A stretch of 64,000 bases of DNA from an uncultured Porphyromonadaceae bacterium. GTDB taxonomy: Bacteria > Bacteroidota > Bacteroidia > Bacteroidales > Muribaculaceae. The DNA lies in contig CANPMT010000001.1 in NCBI GenBank assembly GCA_947575235.1, positions 70,990-134,989 of the forward strand. The letters are read 5' to 3'. Positions 1 to 10,133 of this stretch are shown piece after piece. The first letter of the stretch is position 1. Every line of letters starts with the position of its first letter. The notes under the pieces were generated by a model that saw only the letters and a list, made by a program, of their open reading frames with translations, did no database searches and was not told the DNA's origin. A program made the position numbers and the translations under genes.

Positions 1-2720
1 TTCTTGGGTGTCTTGCCGTCGAGCCATTTGGCTGCCTCTGGCGCTGCCAGAACGGCATCCTCCACAGCGGCCTTGTCGGCATCTGCCGCCACCTCAAGCA
101 TGAAGCGGGTCTTACCGTTGAAGCTTACAGGATATTTCACGCTATCCTCCTTCAGGTTGGCCTCATCCCATTCGGGCCATTCGGCATCCACGACTGAACC
201 CTCTTTACCGAGACGGTGCCAGAACTCCTCTGCTATATGGGGTGCGAAGGGTGCTATGAGGCGTGTGAATATCTCCATTGCCCCGGCATTGGTTGATTTC
301 TGCGCCGTAAGTTCATTGAGAGCCACCATGAAGGCTGAAACCGAGGTATTGAACGAGAAGTTCTCGATATCTCCGGTAACTTTCTTGATGAGCTTGTGCA
401 TTGTCTTGAGCTCCTCTTTGGTCATGGGTGTCTGATCGGCGGGATCCACCTTCTCAAACTGTCCCCAGAGTTTCTTGAGGAAGCGGTTGGCTCCGTCTAT
501 GCCGTTGGTATCCCAGGGTTTCGACTGCTCGATGGGGCCGAGGAACATCTCGTACAGACGCAGTGTGTCAGCTCCGTAACGGTCGACGATATCATCAGGA
601 TTCACCACGTTGAACATCGACTTCGACATCTTCTCCACGGCGTAGCCGCAGTTGTATTTACCATCCTCAAGTATGAACTCGGCATCGGCAAATTCAGGGC
701 GCCATCCCTTGAAGCGCTCCAGGTCGAGCACGTCGTTGCTCACCATGCTTATATCCACGCGGATGGGGGTAACGTCATAGTCACCCTTCAGCCCCTTGCT
801 CACAAAGGTGTTGGTATCTTTGATGCGGTATACGAAGTTGCTCCGGCCCTGGATCATGCCCTGGTTGACCAGCTTTTTGAAGGGCTCCGGCTCAACCACC
901 TCGCCGAGGTCGTAGAGGAATTTATTCCAGAAACGTGAATAGATAAGATGGCCGGTGGCATGCTCGGCGCCACCCACATAGAGATCGACGTTGCGCCAGT
1001 ATTCATCGGCCTCGCGGCTCACGAGCGCTTTGTCGTTGTGGGGATCCATGTAGCGGAGATAATATGCGCTTGAACCGGCGAAACCGGGCATGGTGCAAAG
1101 CTCGATGGGGTATCCTTCGGCTGTCTTCCAGTTCTTGGCGCGTCCCAACGGGGGTTCACCTGTCGAGGTGGGGAGATATGCGTCCACCTCAGGGAGCATG
1201 AGGGGCAACTCGCTCTCATCCATCACGTGGGCCACACCATCCTTGTAATATACGGGGAAGGGCTCGCCCCAGTAACGCTGGCGAGAGAAGATGGCGTCGC
1301 GCAGACGGTAGTTCACCTTCACACGCCCTATACCCTTCTCCTCGATATATCGTTTGGTGGCTGCGATAGCCTCCTTCACCTCCATGCCGTTGAGATTGAG
1401 GTCATCGTTGGCCGAGTTGATCATCTTACCCTCCTTGGCATCGAAGCTCTCCTCGCTTACGTCAGCGCCCTCGATAAGGGGCACGATGGGGAGGTCGAAA
1501 TGGCGGGCGAAGGCATAGTCGCGCGAGTCATGCGCGGGCACTGCCATGATTGCGCCTGTTCCGTAGCCGGCCAGCACATAGTCGCTCACCCAGATTGGTA
1601 TCTCCTTTCCGCTTATGGGGTTGCGGGCGTAGCTTCCGGTGAAGACGCCTGACACACGTTTGTCAATCTGGCGTTCACGCTCGGTCTTGTGGCTCACCTC
1701 GGCGAGATAAGCATCGACTGCCTCCTTCTGCTCGGGAGTCACAAGACGCTCCACATATTTTGATTCAGGCGCGAGCACCATGAAGGTCACACCGAACGCC
1801 GTATCGGCGCGTGTGGTGAATATCTCGAGGTCGAAGTCCTTTCCAACTACGGGGAAAAGCATCTCGGCACCCTCGCTGCGCCCTATCCAGTTGCGCTGTG
1901 TCTCCTTGAGCGAATCGCTCCACTGCAAGGTGTTGAGGTCGTCGAGAAGACGTGGCGCGTATGCCGACACGCGCAGACACCATTGGTTCATCACCTTCTG
2001 CTCCACAGGATGTCCGCCGCGCACGCTCACACCCTCGCTCACCTCATCGTTGGCGAGCACTGTGCCGAGAGCCTCACACCAGTTCACCATCGTCTCTCCC
2101 TGATATGCTATGCGGTAGTTCATGAGCACGTCAGCCTGCTCCTTCTCGGTCATGGCGTTCCATTCGGCTGCCGTGAAGTTGAGATTGCGTGAGCAAGCCG
2201 CCTCAACACCCTCTGTGCCCTCTTTGGAGAAGTGCTCCACAAGTGCGGCGATCGGCATAGCCTTATTCTCGCGCAGGTCAAAATAGGAGTTGAACATCTG
2301 TATGAACGCCCACTGTGTCCAGCGGTAATAGCCGGGGTCGCAGGTGCGCACCTCGCGGCTCCAGTCGAACGAGAATCCTATCTTGTCGAGCTGCTCGCGA
2401 TAGCGGGCTATGTTGGCGATGGTGGTCTTCTCGGGGTGCTGCCCTGTCTGGATGGCATACTGCTCGGCGGGAAGGCCGTAAGCGTCGTAGCCCATGGGGT
2501 GAAGCACATTGAAGCCCTGCTGACGTTTGAAACGCGAATAGATATCGCTCGCTATGTAACCCAACGGATGGCCTACGTGAAGACCTGCTCCCGAGGGATA
2601 GGGGAACATGTCGAGTACGTAGAATTTCTTACGGCCCGGTTGCTCCGTGGCTTTGTATATCTCGTGGTCGCGCCAGTACTGCTGCCAGCGCTGTTCAATC
2701 TCGCGGTGGTTATACTCCAT
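1..2720 (-). CDS. leuS: Leucine--tRNA ligase (3' end runs off the window)
   Basis: Absent from the ORF track because it has no stop in the window. Manual minus-strand translation from ATG 2720 gives [16 protein letters not shown]...[19 protein letters not shown] (HIGH motif)...[14 protein letters not shown] (KMSKS motif)...[10 protein letters not shown]. Confidence 0.97.
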   Translation of the reverse strand, partial: MEYNHREIEQRWQQYWRDHEIYKATEQPGRKKFYVLDMFPYPSGAGLHVGHPLGYIASDIYSRFKRQQGFNVLHPMGYDAYGLPAEQYAIQTGQHPEKTTIANIARYREQLDKIGFSFDWSREVRTCDPGYYRWTQWAFIQMFNSYFDLRENKAMPIAALVEHFSKEGTEGVEAACSRNLNFTAAEWNAMTEKEQADVLMNYRIAYQGETMVNWCEALGTVLANDEVSEGVSVRGGHPVEQKVMNQWCLRVSAYAPRLLDDLNTLQWSDSLKETQRNWIGRSEGAEMLFPVVGKDFDLEIFTTRADTAFGVTFMVLAPESKYVERLVTPEQKEAVDAYLAEVSHKTERERQIDKRVSGVFTGSYARNPISGKEIPIWVSDYVLAGYGTGAIMAVPAHDSRDYAFARHFDLPIVPLIEGADVSEESFDAKEGKMINSANDDLNLNGMEVKEAIAATKRYIEEKGIGRVKVNYRLRDAIFSRQRYWGEPFPVYYKDGVAHVMDESELPLMLPEVDAYLPTSTGEPPLGRAKNWKTAEGYPIELCTMPGFAGSSAYYLRYMDPHNDKALVSREADEYWRNVDLYVGGAEHATGHLIYSRFWNKFLYDLGEVVEPEPFKKLVNQGMIQGRSNFVYRIKDTNTFVSKGLKGDYDVTPIRVDISMVSNDVLDLERFKGWRPEFADAEFILEDGKYNCGYAVEKMSKSMFNVVNPDDIVDRYGADTLRLYEMFLGPIEQSKPWDTNGIDGANRFLKKLWGQFEKVDPADQTPMTKEELKTMHKLIKKVTGDIENFSFNTSVSAFMVALNELTAQKSTNAGAMEIFTRLIAPFAPHIAEEFWHRLGKEGSVVDAEWPEWDEANLKEDSVKYPVSFNGKTRFMLEVAADADKAAVEDAVLAAPEAAKWLDGKTPK

Positions 2721-2752
2721 TATCTTGATAAGCTGTTGTTGTTTTTAGACTG

Positions 2753-2790
2753 CAAAGTTACCACTTTTCAATAAAAAATTGGTAACTTTG
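2753..2790. promoter_or_regulatory. Back-to-back Bacteroidetes sigmaA -7 boxes (TAACTTTG) for leuS and panB
   Basis: caaagtta at 2753-2760 (TAACTTTG on minus) and taactttg at 2783-2790 on plus; both match TAnnTTTG. Confidence 0.75.
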
Positions 2791-2865
2791 CAGCCTATTT
2801 TTTAATCAGACTTCGGGCAACCGCAGTCCTTATTAACCAGAATAGTCCCCGCGAGGGAAGTTATC

Positions 2866-3687
2866 ATGTCTACAAATACAACTGACAACGCACGCAAAGT
2901 CACCACCCGACGTCTCGTTGAGATGAAACAGCGTGGTGAGAAAATTTCGATGCTCACGGCCTATGACTACTCATCGGCCAAGATTCTTGACGAGGCGGGA
3001 ATCGATGTCCTGCTCGTCGGCGACTCCGCCTCCAACGTGATGGCGGGCAACGTCACCACCCTTCCGATCACCCTTGACCAGATGATATATCATGCCAAAT
3101 CCGTCATTAAGGGTACGCGCCGCGCTCTCGTGGTGTGCGACATGCCTTTCGGAACATACCAGGGGAATCCTATCGAGGCACTCGCCTCTGCCATACGCAT
3201 CATGAAGGAGAGCCATGCCGAGGCTGTGAAGATGGAGGGAGGCAGCGAAATCCGCGAATCGATCGAGCGTATCCTCAGCGCCGGCATACCGGTGATGGGC
3301 CATCTCGGGCTCACCCCGCAGAGCATCAACAAGTTCGGCACATACAACGTCCGCGCACGCGAGGAGGCCGAGGCTCAGAAACTCATAGAGGATGCCAAGA
3401 TGCTTGAGGAGATTGGCTGCTTCGGAATTGTCATCGAGAAGGTGCCCGCTGAACTGGCCGCACGTGTGGCAAAGGAGGTATCGATACCCATCATCGGAAT
3501 CGGAGCCGGAGGCGGTGTCGACGGCCAGGTGCTCGTGATGCACGATATGCTGGGCATTAACAAGGGCTTCTCGCCCCGTTTCCTCCGCCGCTATGCCGAC
3601 CTCCACGCTGTAATGACCGACGCCGTGCAGAACTACATAGCCGATGTCAAGAGCGGCGACTTCCCCTCGGCCGAGGAGTCGTATTAA
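2866..3687 (+). CDS. panB: 3-methyl-2-oxobutanoate hydroxymethyltransferase
   Basis: [50 protein letters not shown] motifs. Confidence 0.97.
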   Translation: MSTNTTDNARKVTTRRLVEMKQRGEKISMLTAYDYSSAKILDEAGIDVLLVGDSASNVMAGNVTTLPITLDQMIYHAKSVIKGTRRALVVCDMPFGTYQGNPIEALASAIRIMKESHAEAVKMEGGSEIRESIERILSAGIPVMGHLGLTPQSINKFGTYNVRAREEAEAQKLIEDAKMLEEIGCFGIVIEKVPAELAARVAKEVSIPIIGIGAGGGVDGQVLVMHDMLGINKGFSPRFLRRYADLHAVMTDAVQNYIADVKSGDFPSAEESY

Positions 3688-3716
3688 TCTCGGACTACAA
3701 CATTTTACCTATTATA

Positions 3717-3760
3717 AGGGGCGACATATTGCACTTTGCATGTGTCGCCCCTGATATTTT
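3717..3760 (+). terminator. Intrinsic terminator after panB
   Basis: aggggcgacata...tgtgtcgcccct stem followed by an AT/T-rich tract. Confidence 0.7.
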
Positions 3761-3796
3761 AACACTTCGATAATTTATTTTTAACATTCTGTCTGA

Positions 3797-3824
3797 AACA
3801 TTTATTTCTACCCCCTTGTTTTAT
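3797..3824 (+). promoter_or_regulatory. Putative alternative-sigma promoter or operator, AAC-N17-GTT
   Basis: aaca-N16-tgtt(ttat); identical spacing at 12350-12373. No canonical TAnnTTTG seen in this intergenic region. Confidence 0.4.
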
Positions 3825-3990
3825 TCACAAAGCAAGCGGTGATATTTATCAGTTTCACTAATAGATGTTCCTACCTCTACTTTCAAAAAGATTTAGACAT
3901 TACACCTATCTCTTTTATTGTTTTCAATTATCGATTGGCAGGCTTGCCTGACCCAATCATCATTTTAACCTTGTTTTAATTATTCAAATT

Positions 3991-5148
3991 ATGGCACAGA
4001 CACTTCATCCCGTAGTTCAGGAGCTCGTCGACCTCATCAAAGCCAACGGTTGGCAGGAGAAATTCGAAGAGGCTCTCAAGAAAGCCCAGTCTTACAACGT
4101 AGAGGGCTTCGAGGATGTAAAAACTCTTGATGACTACATCAACTGGTGCAACGCACAGCTCTCATGGGTACCTACCGAGAACTTCTATGGCAAGGAGGTA
4201 TACAAACATGTCTGCAAGTTCTACTTCATTCTCGACCAGAGTCCTGTGAAGGAGCTTCAGAATGCAGTCGTACCTCACGACAAGATGGAACCCCTCACCC
4301 CGCTCTCAGCATGGATGAGAAAGTTCGTCACCGAACTCGGCAACTGGATGGATCAGCCCGAATCACTCACCCCGGAATCAGAGAGGACTTTCTACGAGTC
4401 TCCGCTCTACAACATGGATGAGTATATCCGTCCGCGTGGCGGCTGGAAGAGCTATAACCAGCTTTTCGCACGTCGCACAAAACCCGGCTACCGTCCTATC
4501 GCCGACATCTCTGACCAGACAGTAATCGTCTCTCCGGCCGACTCTACTTTCGACGGACAGTGGGAAGTCAACACCAACTCTCACGTCAATATCAAGGGTC
4601 TTGACTGGAAGATCGAGGAGCTTCTCGAAGGGAGCCCGTATGCCGACCGTTTCAAAGGTGGTATCTGGATCCACTCTTTCCTTAACACTTATGACTATCA
4701 CCGTCAGCATGCCCCTGTAGGTGGCAAGATTCTTGAGGCCCGTGTTATCCAGGGCACAACTTATCTGCAGGTTCAGGCCGCTCCCAAACCTGATGATGAG
4801 TTCGGAAAGACCATCCTCGAAGGCAAGCGCGTATTCGACGCCCCCGACGATGCCGGTTATGAGTTCATGCAGACCCGTGGTCTGTTCGTGATCGACAGCC
4901 CGATCGGCCTGGTTGCCGTCCTCCCGATGGGTATGGCTCAGGTTTCATCAATCATTCCTACAGCTGAAGTAGGCCGCACTCTCCAGAAGGGTGAGGAGAT
5001 CAGCTACTTCCAGTTCGGCGGTTCTGATATCGTAATGGTGTTTGAGCAGGCTTCAAACGTCACCATCACAGCTCAGCCCGGTATCCACTACAAAGTCGGC
5101 ACGCAGATTGCGAAAGCCCATCCCGCAGTTCCCGGTTACTTGAAATAA
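3991..5148 (+). CDS. Phosphatidylserine decarboxylase-family (PsiD-like) pyruvoyl-dependent decarboxylase proenzyme, substrate uncertain
   Basis: SPAD (D184), DYHR (H237) and FQFGGSD (G344-S345 autocleavage site); N-terminal LHPVVQELVDLI helix; no hydrophobic membrane anchor. Confidence 0.85.
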   Translation: MAQTLHPVVQELVDLIKANGWQEKFEEALKKAQSYNVEGFEDVKTLDDYINWCNAQLSWVPTENFYGKEVYKHVCKFYFILDQSPVKELQNAVVPHDKMEPLTPLSAWMRKFVTELGNWMDQPESLTPESERTFYESPLYNMDEYIRPRGGWKSYNQLFARRTKPGYRPIADISDQTVIVSPADSTFDGQWEVNTNSHVNIKGLDWKIEELLEGSPYADRFKGGIWIHSFLNTYDYHRQHAPVGGKILEARVIQGTTYLQVQAAPKPDDEFGKTILEGKRVFDAPDDAGYEFMQTRGLFVIDSPIGLVAVLPMGMAQVSSIIPTAEVGRTLQKGEEISYFQFGGSDIVMVFEQASNVTITAQPGIHYKVGTQIAKAHPAVPGYLK

Positions 5149-5177
5149 GATTATCAAAAAAACTTGAAATTACAGAG

Positions 5178-5213
5178 AAGGGAACCGATAACGAGCTTAT
5201 CGGCTCCCTTTTT
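5178..5213 (+). terminator. Intra-operon terminator or stabilising hairpin
   Basis: aagggaaccgataa-cgagc-ttatcggctccctt followed by ttt. Confidence 0.7.
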
Positions 5214-5289
5214 AGATAATCCCGCGTTTTTATAACCGGCATTCGATTCCGTATTTTTTCTTAATTATATTATTAAACACTATTCGATT

Positions 5290-6984
5290 ATGGCATCTAC
5301 ATCTACATCCCCTTCCACATCTTCAGGTAAGGGTGCGGTTGCGAAACCGTCGAAAAAAGCCGTGATCGGCATGTGGGCCATGACCATTCTTGTTGTCACG
5401 AATATCGTCAGCATGCGTGGTCTTGCCTCACAGGCGGAATATGGCTATTCCTCTATTTTCTATTATGTGTTTGCCGCTTTGGTGTTTCTCGTGCCTTACT
5501 CTCTGGTCTGCGCCGAGCTCGCCTCTACATGGACAAAAAGCGGCGGTCTCTTCAGATGGTGCGCCGAGGCGCTCGGCCCTAAATGGGGCTGGGCGGCCAT
5601 GTATTATGAATGGCAGATGGTGGTGATATGGTTCCCCGCCGTGCTGATGTTCGGAGCCGTCACCCTGGCCTATATATTCTGGCCGACGAGTTTCGACGCC
5701 AAACTATCCACCAATGTGATATACACACTGATTGTGGTGCTCGCCGTCTACTGGGTATCAACCCTCAACACATTCCGTGGCATGGGCTATGCCAATAAGC
5801 TCTCCACATTGGGCGGACTCTTCGGTACGATTATCCCGGCTGCCGTGCTCATTGTCATGGGTATCGTCTATGTCTGCATGGGCAATCATATCTTTATCGA
5901 CGCACATCAGTCGTTCTGGCCCGACTTCTCGAAGTTCAGCACAATTGTGTTAGCGGCCTCAATCTTCCTCTTCTATGCTGGCATGGAGATGCAGGCCGTG
6001 CACGTGCCCAACATGAAGAACCCCTCGCGCACCTTCCCTCAGGCTGTGTTCTGGGCTGTGGTGATTATCCTTGTGGTATTCATAGGCGGCACTCTTGCCA
6101 TCGGGTTTGTGATTCCGTCAAAGGATATCAACCTCCTTGCCTCGCTTCTGGTGGCTTACAACAATCTGTTCGCCTCTATCCATTGCGAATGGCTCGGAAA
6201 TGTGCTGGCTCTCTTCCTTACATTCGGTGTCATCGGTCAGGTAAGCTGCGTGATAGCCGCTCCATCAACCGGTATGCTGGCTGTGGGACGCGCCGGGTAT
6301 CTGCCGCGTAAGCTCCAGAAGACCAACAAGAACGACATTCAGGTGCCCATCCTTATCGTACAGGGCGTGCTCGTGTCAATCCTGTCGCTCGTGCTTGTTG
6401 TGCTTCCCAGTGTTGAATCCGCCTATCAGATTCTCAGCCAGATGTCTACCATCATATATCTGGCAATGGTATTCATCATCTATTTCTCCTTCCTGCGTCT
6501 GCGCCGTACGGAGCCTAACGTGAAACGTGGTTTCCGCGTTCCCGGCGGTGAGTTCGGGAAGTGGCTTGTTGCCGGCGTCGGCATCTTGGGAGCTCTCGTC
6601 GCTATGATCCTCAGCTTCGTTCCGCCGAGCCAGATCAATACAGGAAGTCCCTTCGTGTATGTGCTTATTCTTATTGTGGGGTCTGCCCTCTTTATCATCA
6701 TCCCGTTCCTGGTATATGCCAAACGTAAAGCCAACTGGCGCGACCCGTCCACTACTTTCGAGCCGTTTGAATGGGAAATCGAAGGGCGCACACCTGACCA
6801 GATATCCAAATGGCCTGCCGGATATGTGCCTACCGAGGCTCAGATCAAACGTGCCATGGAGTGGGAGGATGGTGAGTTCGGACCCGTCAGCATGAAGACC
6901 GTGCATGAGGTGGCCGACCTCGCGATCAAACCTTCAGTCACCCCGACTGAGAATACCGACACTGCTGATAAACAGAAACCCTAA
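5290..6984 (+). CDS. APC-superfamily amino acid/amine antiporter (GadC-like)
   Basis: About 12 TM segments; IVSMRGL, LVCAELAS..GGLFRW, FYAGMEM, NPSRTFP, KRGFRVPGG motifs; long hydrophilic C-terminal tail. Confidence 0.88.
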   Translation: MASTSTSPSTSSGKGAVAKPSKKAVIGMWAMTILVVTNIVSMRGLASQAEYGYSSIFYYVFAALVFLVPYSLVCAELASTWTKSGGLFRWCAEALGPKWGWAAMYYEWQMVVIWFPAVLMFGAVTLAYIFWPTSFDAKLSTNVIYTLIVVLAVYWVSTLNTFRGMGYANKLSTLGGLFGTIIPAAVLIVMGIVYVCMGNHIFIDAHQSFWPDFSKFSTIVLAASIFLFYAGMEMQAVHVPNMKNPSRTFPQAVFWAVVIILVVFIGGTLAIGFVIPSKDINLLASLLVAYNNLFASIHCEWLGNVLALFLTFGVIGQVSCVIAAPSTGMLAVGRAGYLPRKLQKTNKNDIQVPILIVQGVLVSILSLVLVVLPSVESAYQILSQMSTIIYLAMVFIIYFSFLRLRRTEPNVKRGFRVPGGEFGKWLVAGVGILGALVAMILSFVPPSQINTGSPFVYVLILIVGSALFIIIPFLVYAKRKANWRDPSTTFEPFEWEIEGRTPDQISKWPAGYVPTEAQIKRAMEWEDGEFGPVSMKTVHEVADLAIKPSVTPTENTDTADKQKP

Positions 6985-6996
6985 TAACTCTCCATT

Positions 6997-8238
6997 ATGG
7001 TAAACACCGGTAAAACCCCGATATCCGTAATGACATTACTCGCAATCCTGGCAATTTCACTGGTAGTGAATTTGCCGGGATTGGCCATTACGCCAATGCT
7101 TGGAAACCTCTCGAAGGTGTTCCCGCACACAACGCAGATCGAGGAACAACTCCTTACGGTTCTACCTAATCTGCTTATAATACCCTTTGTTCTCCTTTCA
7201 GGAAAGCTCTCTCTCTCCCGCCATAAAATCGGGATTGTCGTCACCGGTCTACTTATCTTCACCGGCTGTTCGGTATGGTATCTTTTTGCCAATTCAATGC
7301 TGCAGCTCATCATAATAAGCTGTCTGCTCGGATGTGGCGCCGGATTGCTCATACCGCTCGCCTCCGGCCTTATCTCCGACACATTCACCGGAAAGTACAG
7401 AGTCAGGATGATGGGGGTGAAATCAGGCATATCCAACTCCTCGCTCGTGGCAGCCACATATCTCATCGGCTGGCTGAGCGGAGCCAACTGGCATGTCCCC
7501 TTCGCTGTCTATCTCATCTGTCTCATTCCGTTGGTCATGACCTTGTGGCTGAGGAAAATTCCTGATTCCGACCTTTATCCCGCTCCGGCCTCCGCCGCCT
7601 CAGACAAGACCGATGTGGCGCAACCGGGACACCCGGACACACATGACGGTTTCTATCCGGGTCGACTGTGGAGCCTGATCGGCGTGTATTTTTTTATAAC
7701 ATTCGCCACAATCACAATCTCCTATTACTGCCCCTTCCTCGTTGAGAAAAAGGGCTGGAGCACAACACTTACCGGAACTGTCACCGCTCTTTTCTTCCTC
7801 TTTATCCTTATCCCCGGATACTCCCTCCCCTTCTTCCTGCGCCATCTCAAAGGGAACACTTTTTTCTTCTGCGGTGTTATAATGACGATAGGGATGGGAC
7901 TCTTCGCCTTCGTCCCCGTTGCTTGGGTGATGTGCGTCGGTGCGTCGCTGGCCGGATTGGGCTACGGCATATGCCAGCCTCTTATCTACGACAAGGCGAG
8001 CCGGGCTGTGACATCGGAAAGCAAAGCCACTCTTTCGCTGGCTTTCGTGCTCGCGGCCAATTACATATCAATTGCGGTGACACCTTTTATCATCGACTTC
8101 TTCCGCAACATCCTCCATGCCTCCAAGGTGACTACCTTCGCGTTCATCGTATGCTTCGTGCTTCTTGTAGGATACACGGTCATCACCTTGATTCTCAAAA
8201 AGAAGTTTATATTTAATATCGACAACACGTATTATTAG
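6997..8238 (+). CDS. MFS transporter
   Basis: 413 aa, 12 hydrophobic segments in two halves separated by a central hydrophilic loop; starts 12 bp after the antiporter. Confidence 0.85.
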   Translation: MVNTGKTPISVMTLLAILAISLVVNLPGLAITPMLGNLSKVFPHTTQIEEQLLTVLPNLLIIPFVLLSGKLSLSRHKIGIVVTGLLIFTGCSVWYLFANSMLQLIIISCLLGCGAGLLIPLASGLISDTFTGKYRVRMMGVKSGISNSSLVAATYLIGWLSGANWHVPFAVYLICLIPLVMTLWLRKIPDSDLYPAPASAASDKTDVAQPGHPDTHDGFYPGRLWSLIGVYFFITFATITISYYCPFLVEKKGWSTTLTGTVTALFFLFILIPGYSLPFFLRHLKGNTFFFCGVIMTIGMGLFAFVPVAWVMCVGASLAGLGYGICQPLIYDKASRAVTSESKATLSLAFVLAANYISIAVTPFIIDFFRNILHASKVTTFAFIVCFVLLVGYTVITLILKKKFIFNIDNTYY

Positions 8239-8257
8239 AATAATTATAGATAAGACT

Positions 8258-9529
8258 ATGAAACACATTTCTCTGCTTGCAGCCGCATTGATTCCTATGG
8301 CAGCGGCTGCCGCCAATTCATCTGATGAATCTGACGTAAAGATTGTACATTCAGCTGATTCCACCTCCGTTTTCAATGCCATGCATGAGAATGCGCCCCA
8401 TTATATGAACATCCCGGATGTGCCCCGTTTCGCACTTATCGGCAAGGAGGGTAAGTTCTACATGGGTATTGGTGCCAATATAAAGGCCATCGGCGTTTAT
8501 GACGCCGGACACCCGGTCAGCAACGCCAACGCGTTCATTACCTCGGCCATCCCTATGGAGATAGCCCCGGGCAATGGAGGTCAGTTCCGTGTCTCGGCCC
8601 AGCAGAGTAATATCTATCTCAACGTCGTGGCTCTCCCGGGCACCAAGAACCAGCTCGGTGCTTATGTCGATATCAATTTCACAGGCAACGGTTATGCCCC
8701 CACCCTTTTCCAGGCATATCTGAAATACAGGGGAATCACTGCAGGTTACGCTTTCTCTATCTTCTCTGATGCCGCCGCTGCCCCGTCCACTATCGATTAT
8801 GAGGGTGTTAACGCCTTCACCGGTGTGATCCACGGCATGGTGGCCTATGAGCCTAAATTCGGAAAGAACAAGGAGTGGGGCGTCGGTATCGGTCTTGACA
8901 TGCCTACCGAATCTTACACAAATGCCACACATACAACCACTGTGACACAGCGTGTGCCTGACATACCATTCTATGTGCAGCGCTCATGGGCCGGTGGGAA
9001 AGGATGGCTGCGTCTCTCTGGTATTGTGCGCAATCTCTATTACCGCGACCTTAACGCCAATAAAAACTTCGACAAGGTGGGATGGGGTATCAAGGCAAGC
9101 GGCACCACACCTATCTACGGCGGTCTGTCGGCTTATTACCAGGCGGTCTATGGCAAAGGTATAGCAAGCTATATCCAGGACCTTACCGGCACGGGGATGG
9201 ACCTTATGCCTGACCCTTCCAATTCCGGCAAACTCGATGCCGTGAAGGTATGGGGTGCCTATGGCGGTTTCCAATATGACTTCAACTCGCGTATCTCCTC
9301 CACAATAGCCTATAGCCACGTGCGCACTTATGCCAAGGATTTCGCCGACTCATCCGTGTCGTGGAAATCGGGCTACCGCTATGCGCAGTATCTCGTCGCC
9401 AATGTGTTCTGGAATGTCAACAGCATCGTGCAGGTAGGCGCCGAATACCTGTATGGCCGTCGTGTCGACTTCGATGGCCGCCAAGCCCACGACAACCGTA
9501 TCGAGGCAATGCTGCAGGTAAGTTTCTGA
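8258..9529 (+). CDS. DcaP-like outer-membrane porin
   Basis: Signal peptide, amphipathic beta-strands, PSTIDYEG and RVPDIP motifs, GAEYLYGRR, C-terminal Phe (LQVSF). Confidence 0.72.
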   Translation: MKHISLLAAALIPMAAAAANSSDESDVKIVHSADSTSVFNAMHENAPHYMNIPDVPRFALIGKEGKFYMGIGANIKAIGVYDAGHPVSNANAFITSAIPMEIAPGNGGQFRVSAQQSNIYLNVVALPGTKNQLGAYVDINFTGNGYAPTLFQAYLKYRGITAGYAFSIFSDAAAAPSTIDYEGVNAFTGVIHGMVAYEPKFGKNKEWGVGIGLDMPTESYTNATHTTTVTQRVPDIPFYVQRSWAGGKGWLRLSGIVRNLYYRDLNANKNFDKVGWGIKASGTTPIYGGLSAYYQAVYGKGIASYIQDLTGTGMDLMPDPSNSGKLDAVKVWGAYGGFQYDFNSRISSTIAYSHVRTYAKDFADSSVSWKSGYRYAQYLVANVFWNVNSIVQVGAEYLYGRRVDFDGRQAHDNRIEAMLQVSF

Positions 9530-9558
9530 CGCAGTTATTTCCCCTCCGATAAAAGATA

Positions 9559-9588
9559 TCACGCTTTTCTTACGTTATAAAAGCGTGA
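9559..9588. repeat. 10-bp inverted repeat (operator or hairpin)
   Basis: tcacgctttt-N10-aaaagcgtga between the porin and lipoprotein genes. Confidence 0.55.
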
Positions 9589-9618
9589 CCATGTGGGTCG
9601 CTGTAAATCGGACACATT

Positions 9619-10113
9619 ATGAACAAAACCGTTTTTTTATTACCCGTGATGGCTATCCTGTGGGGATGCTCGCACAAGACGTCGGATAATACCACCTCTT
9701 CTGACGGTGACGCACCTGTGCCTATCGCCGTGAGTTTGCCCCCGGCCGCATTCATGCCTAAGGCTACCGCCATAAAGATCGATTCCCGTTATGCCGACAA
9801 GGTGGCCGTCACTCTCGATGGCTCCGGCAAATTATCATATTTCCCGGCACCCTCCGACATCTCGGCATCGTCAGCTCCGCTGGAACTGTGTGGCGGATGG
9901 TGGCTCAACCGTCAGGGTATCAGCGAGAATTCCGTTTTCACAACTTATACTTTCGCTGAATATGCGGCTCTCAAGGAGGTGCCCTCACCTCAACAGCTTA
10001 TACAGGCTGTGATCCCCGGTTCGGGTGTCGAGGAGATGATGCAGTTGCCCTTCACCATTTCGGAGGCCCAGGGTCATCTTGATGACATCAGGAAGATTGT
10101 GTGTCCGCAGTGA
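9619..10113 (+). CDS. Hypothetical lipoprotein
   Basis: MNKTVFLLPVMAILWG-C lipoprotein signal followed by a low-complexity Ser/Thr/Asp linker. Confidence 0.75.
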   Translation: MNKTVFLLPVMAILWGCSHKTSDNTTSSDGDAPVPIAVSLPPAAFMPKATAIKIDSRYADKVAVTLDGSGKLSYFPAPSDISASSAPLELCGGWWLNRQGISENSVFTTYTFAEYAALKEVPSPQQLIQAVIPGSGVEEMMQLPFTISEAQGHLDDIRKIVCPQ

Positions 10114-10133
10114 CAGTTTGAAATAAAATAACT

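Noticed and set aside
4-2774. Several plus-strand ORFs of 107-180 aa
   Set aside because: Antisense shadows of leuS, which occupies the minus strand.
3991-5148. Calling this gene the housekeeping psd
   Set aside because: No membrane anchor, no pssA neighbour and an antiporter context; symbol withheld, although lipid activity is not excluded.
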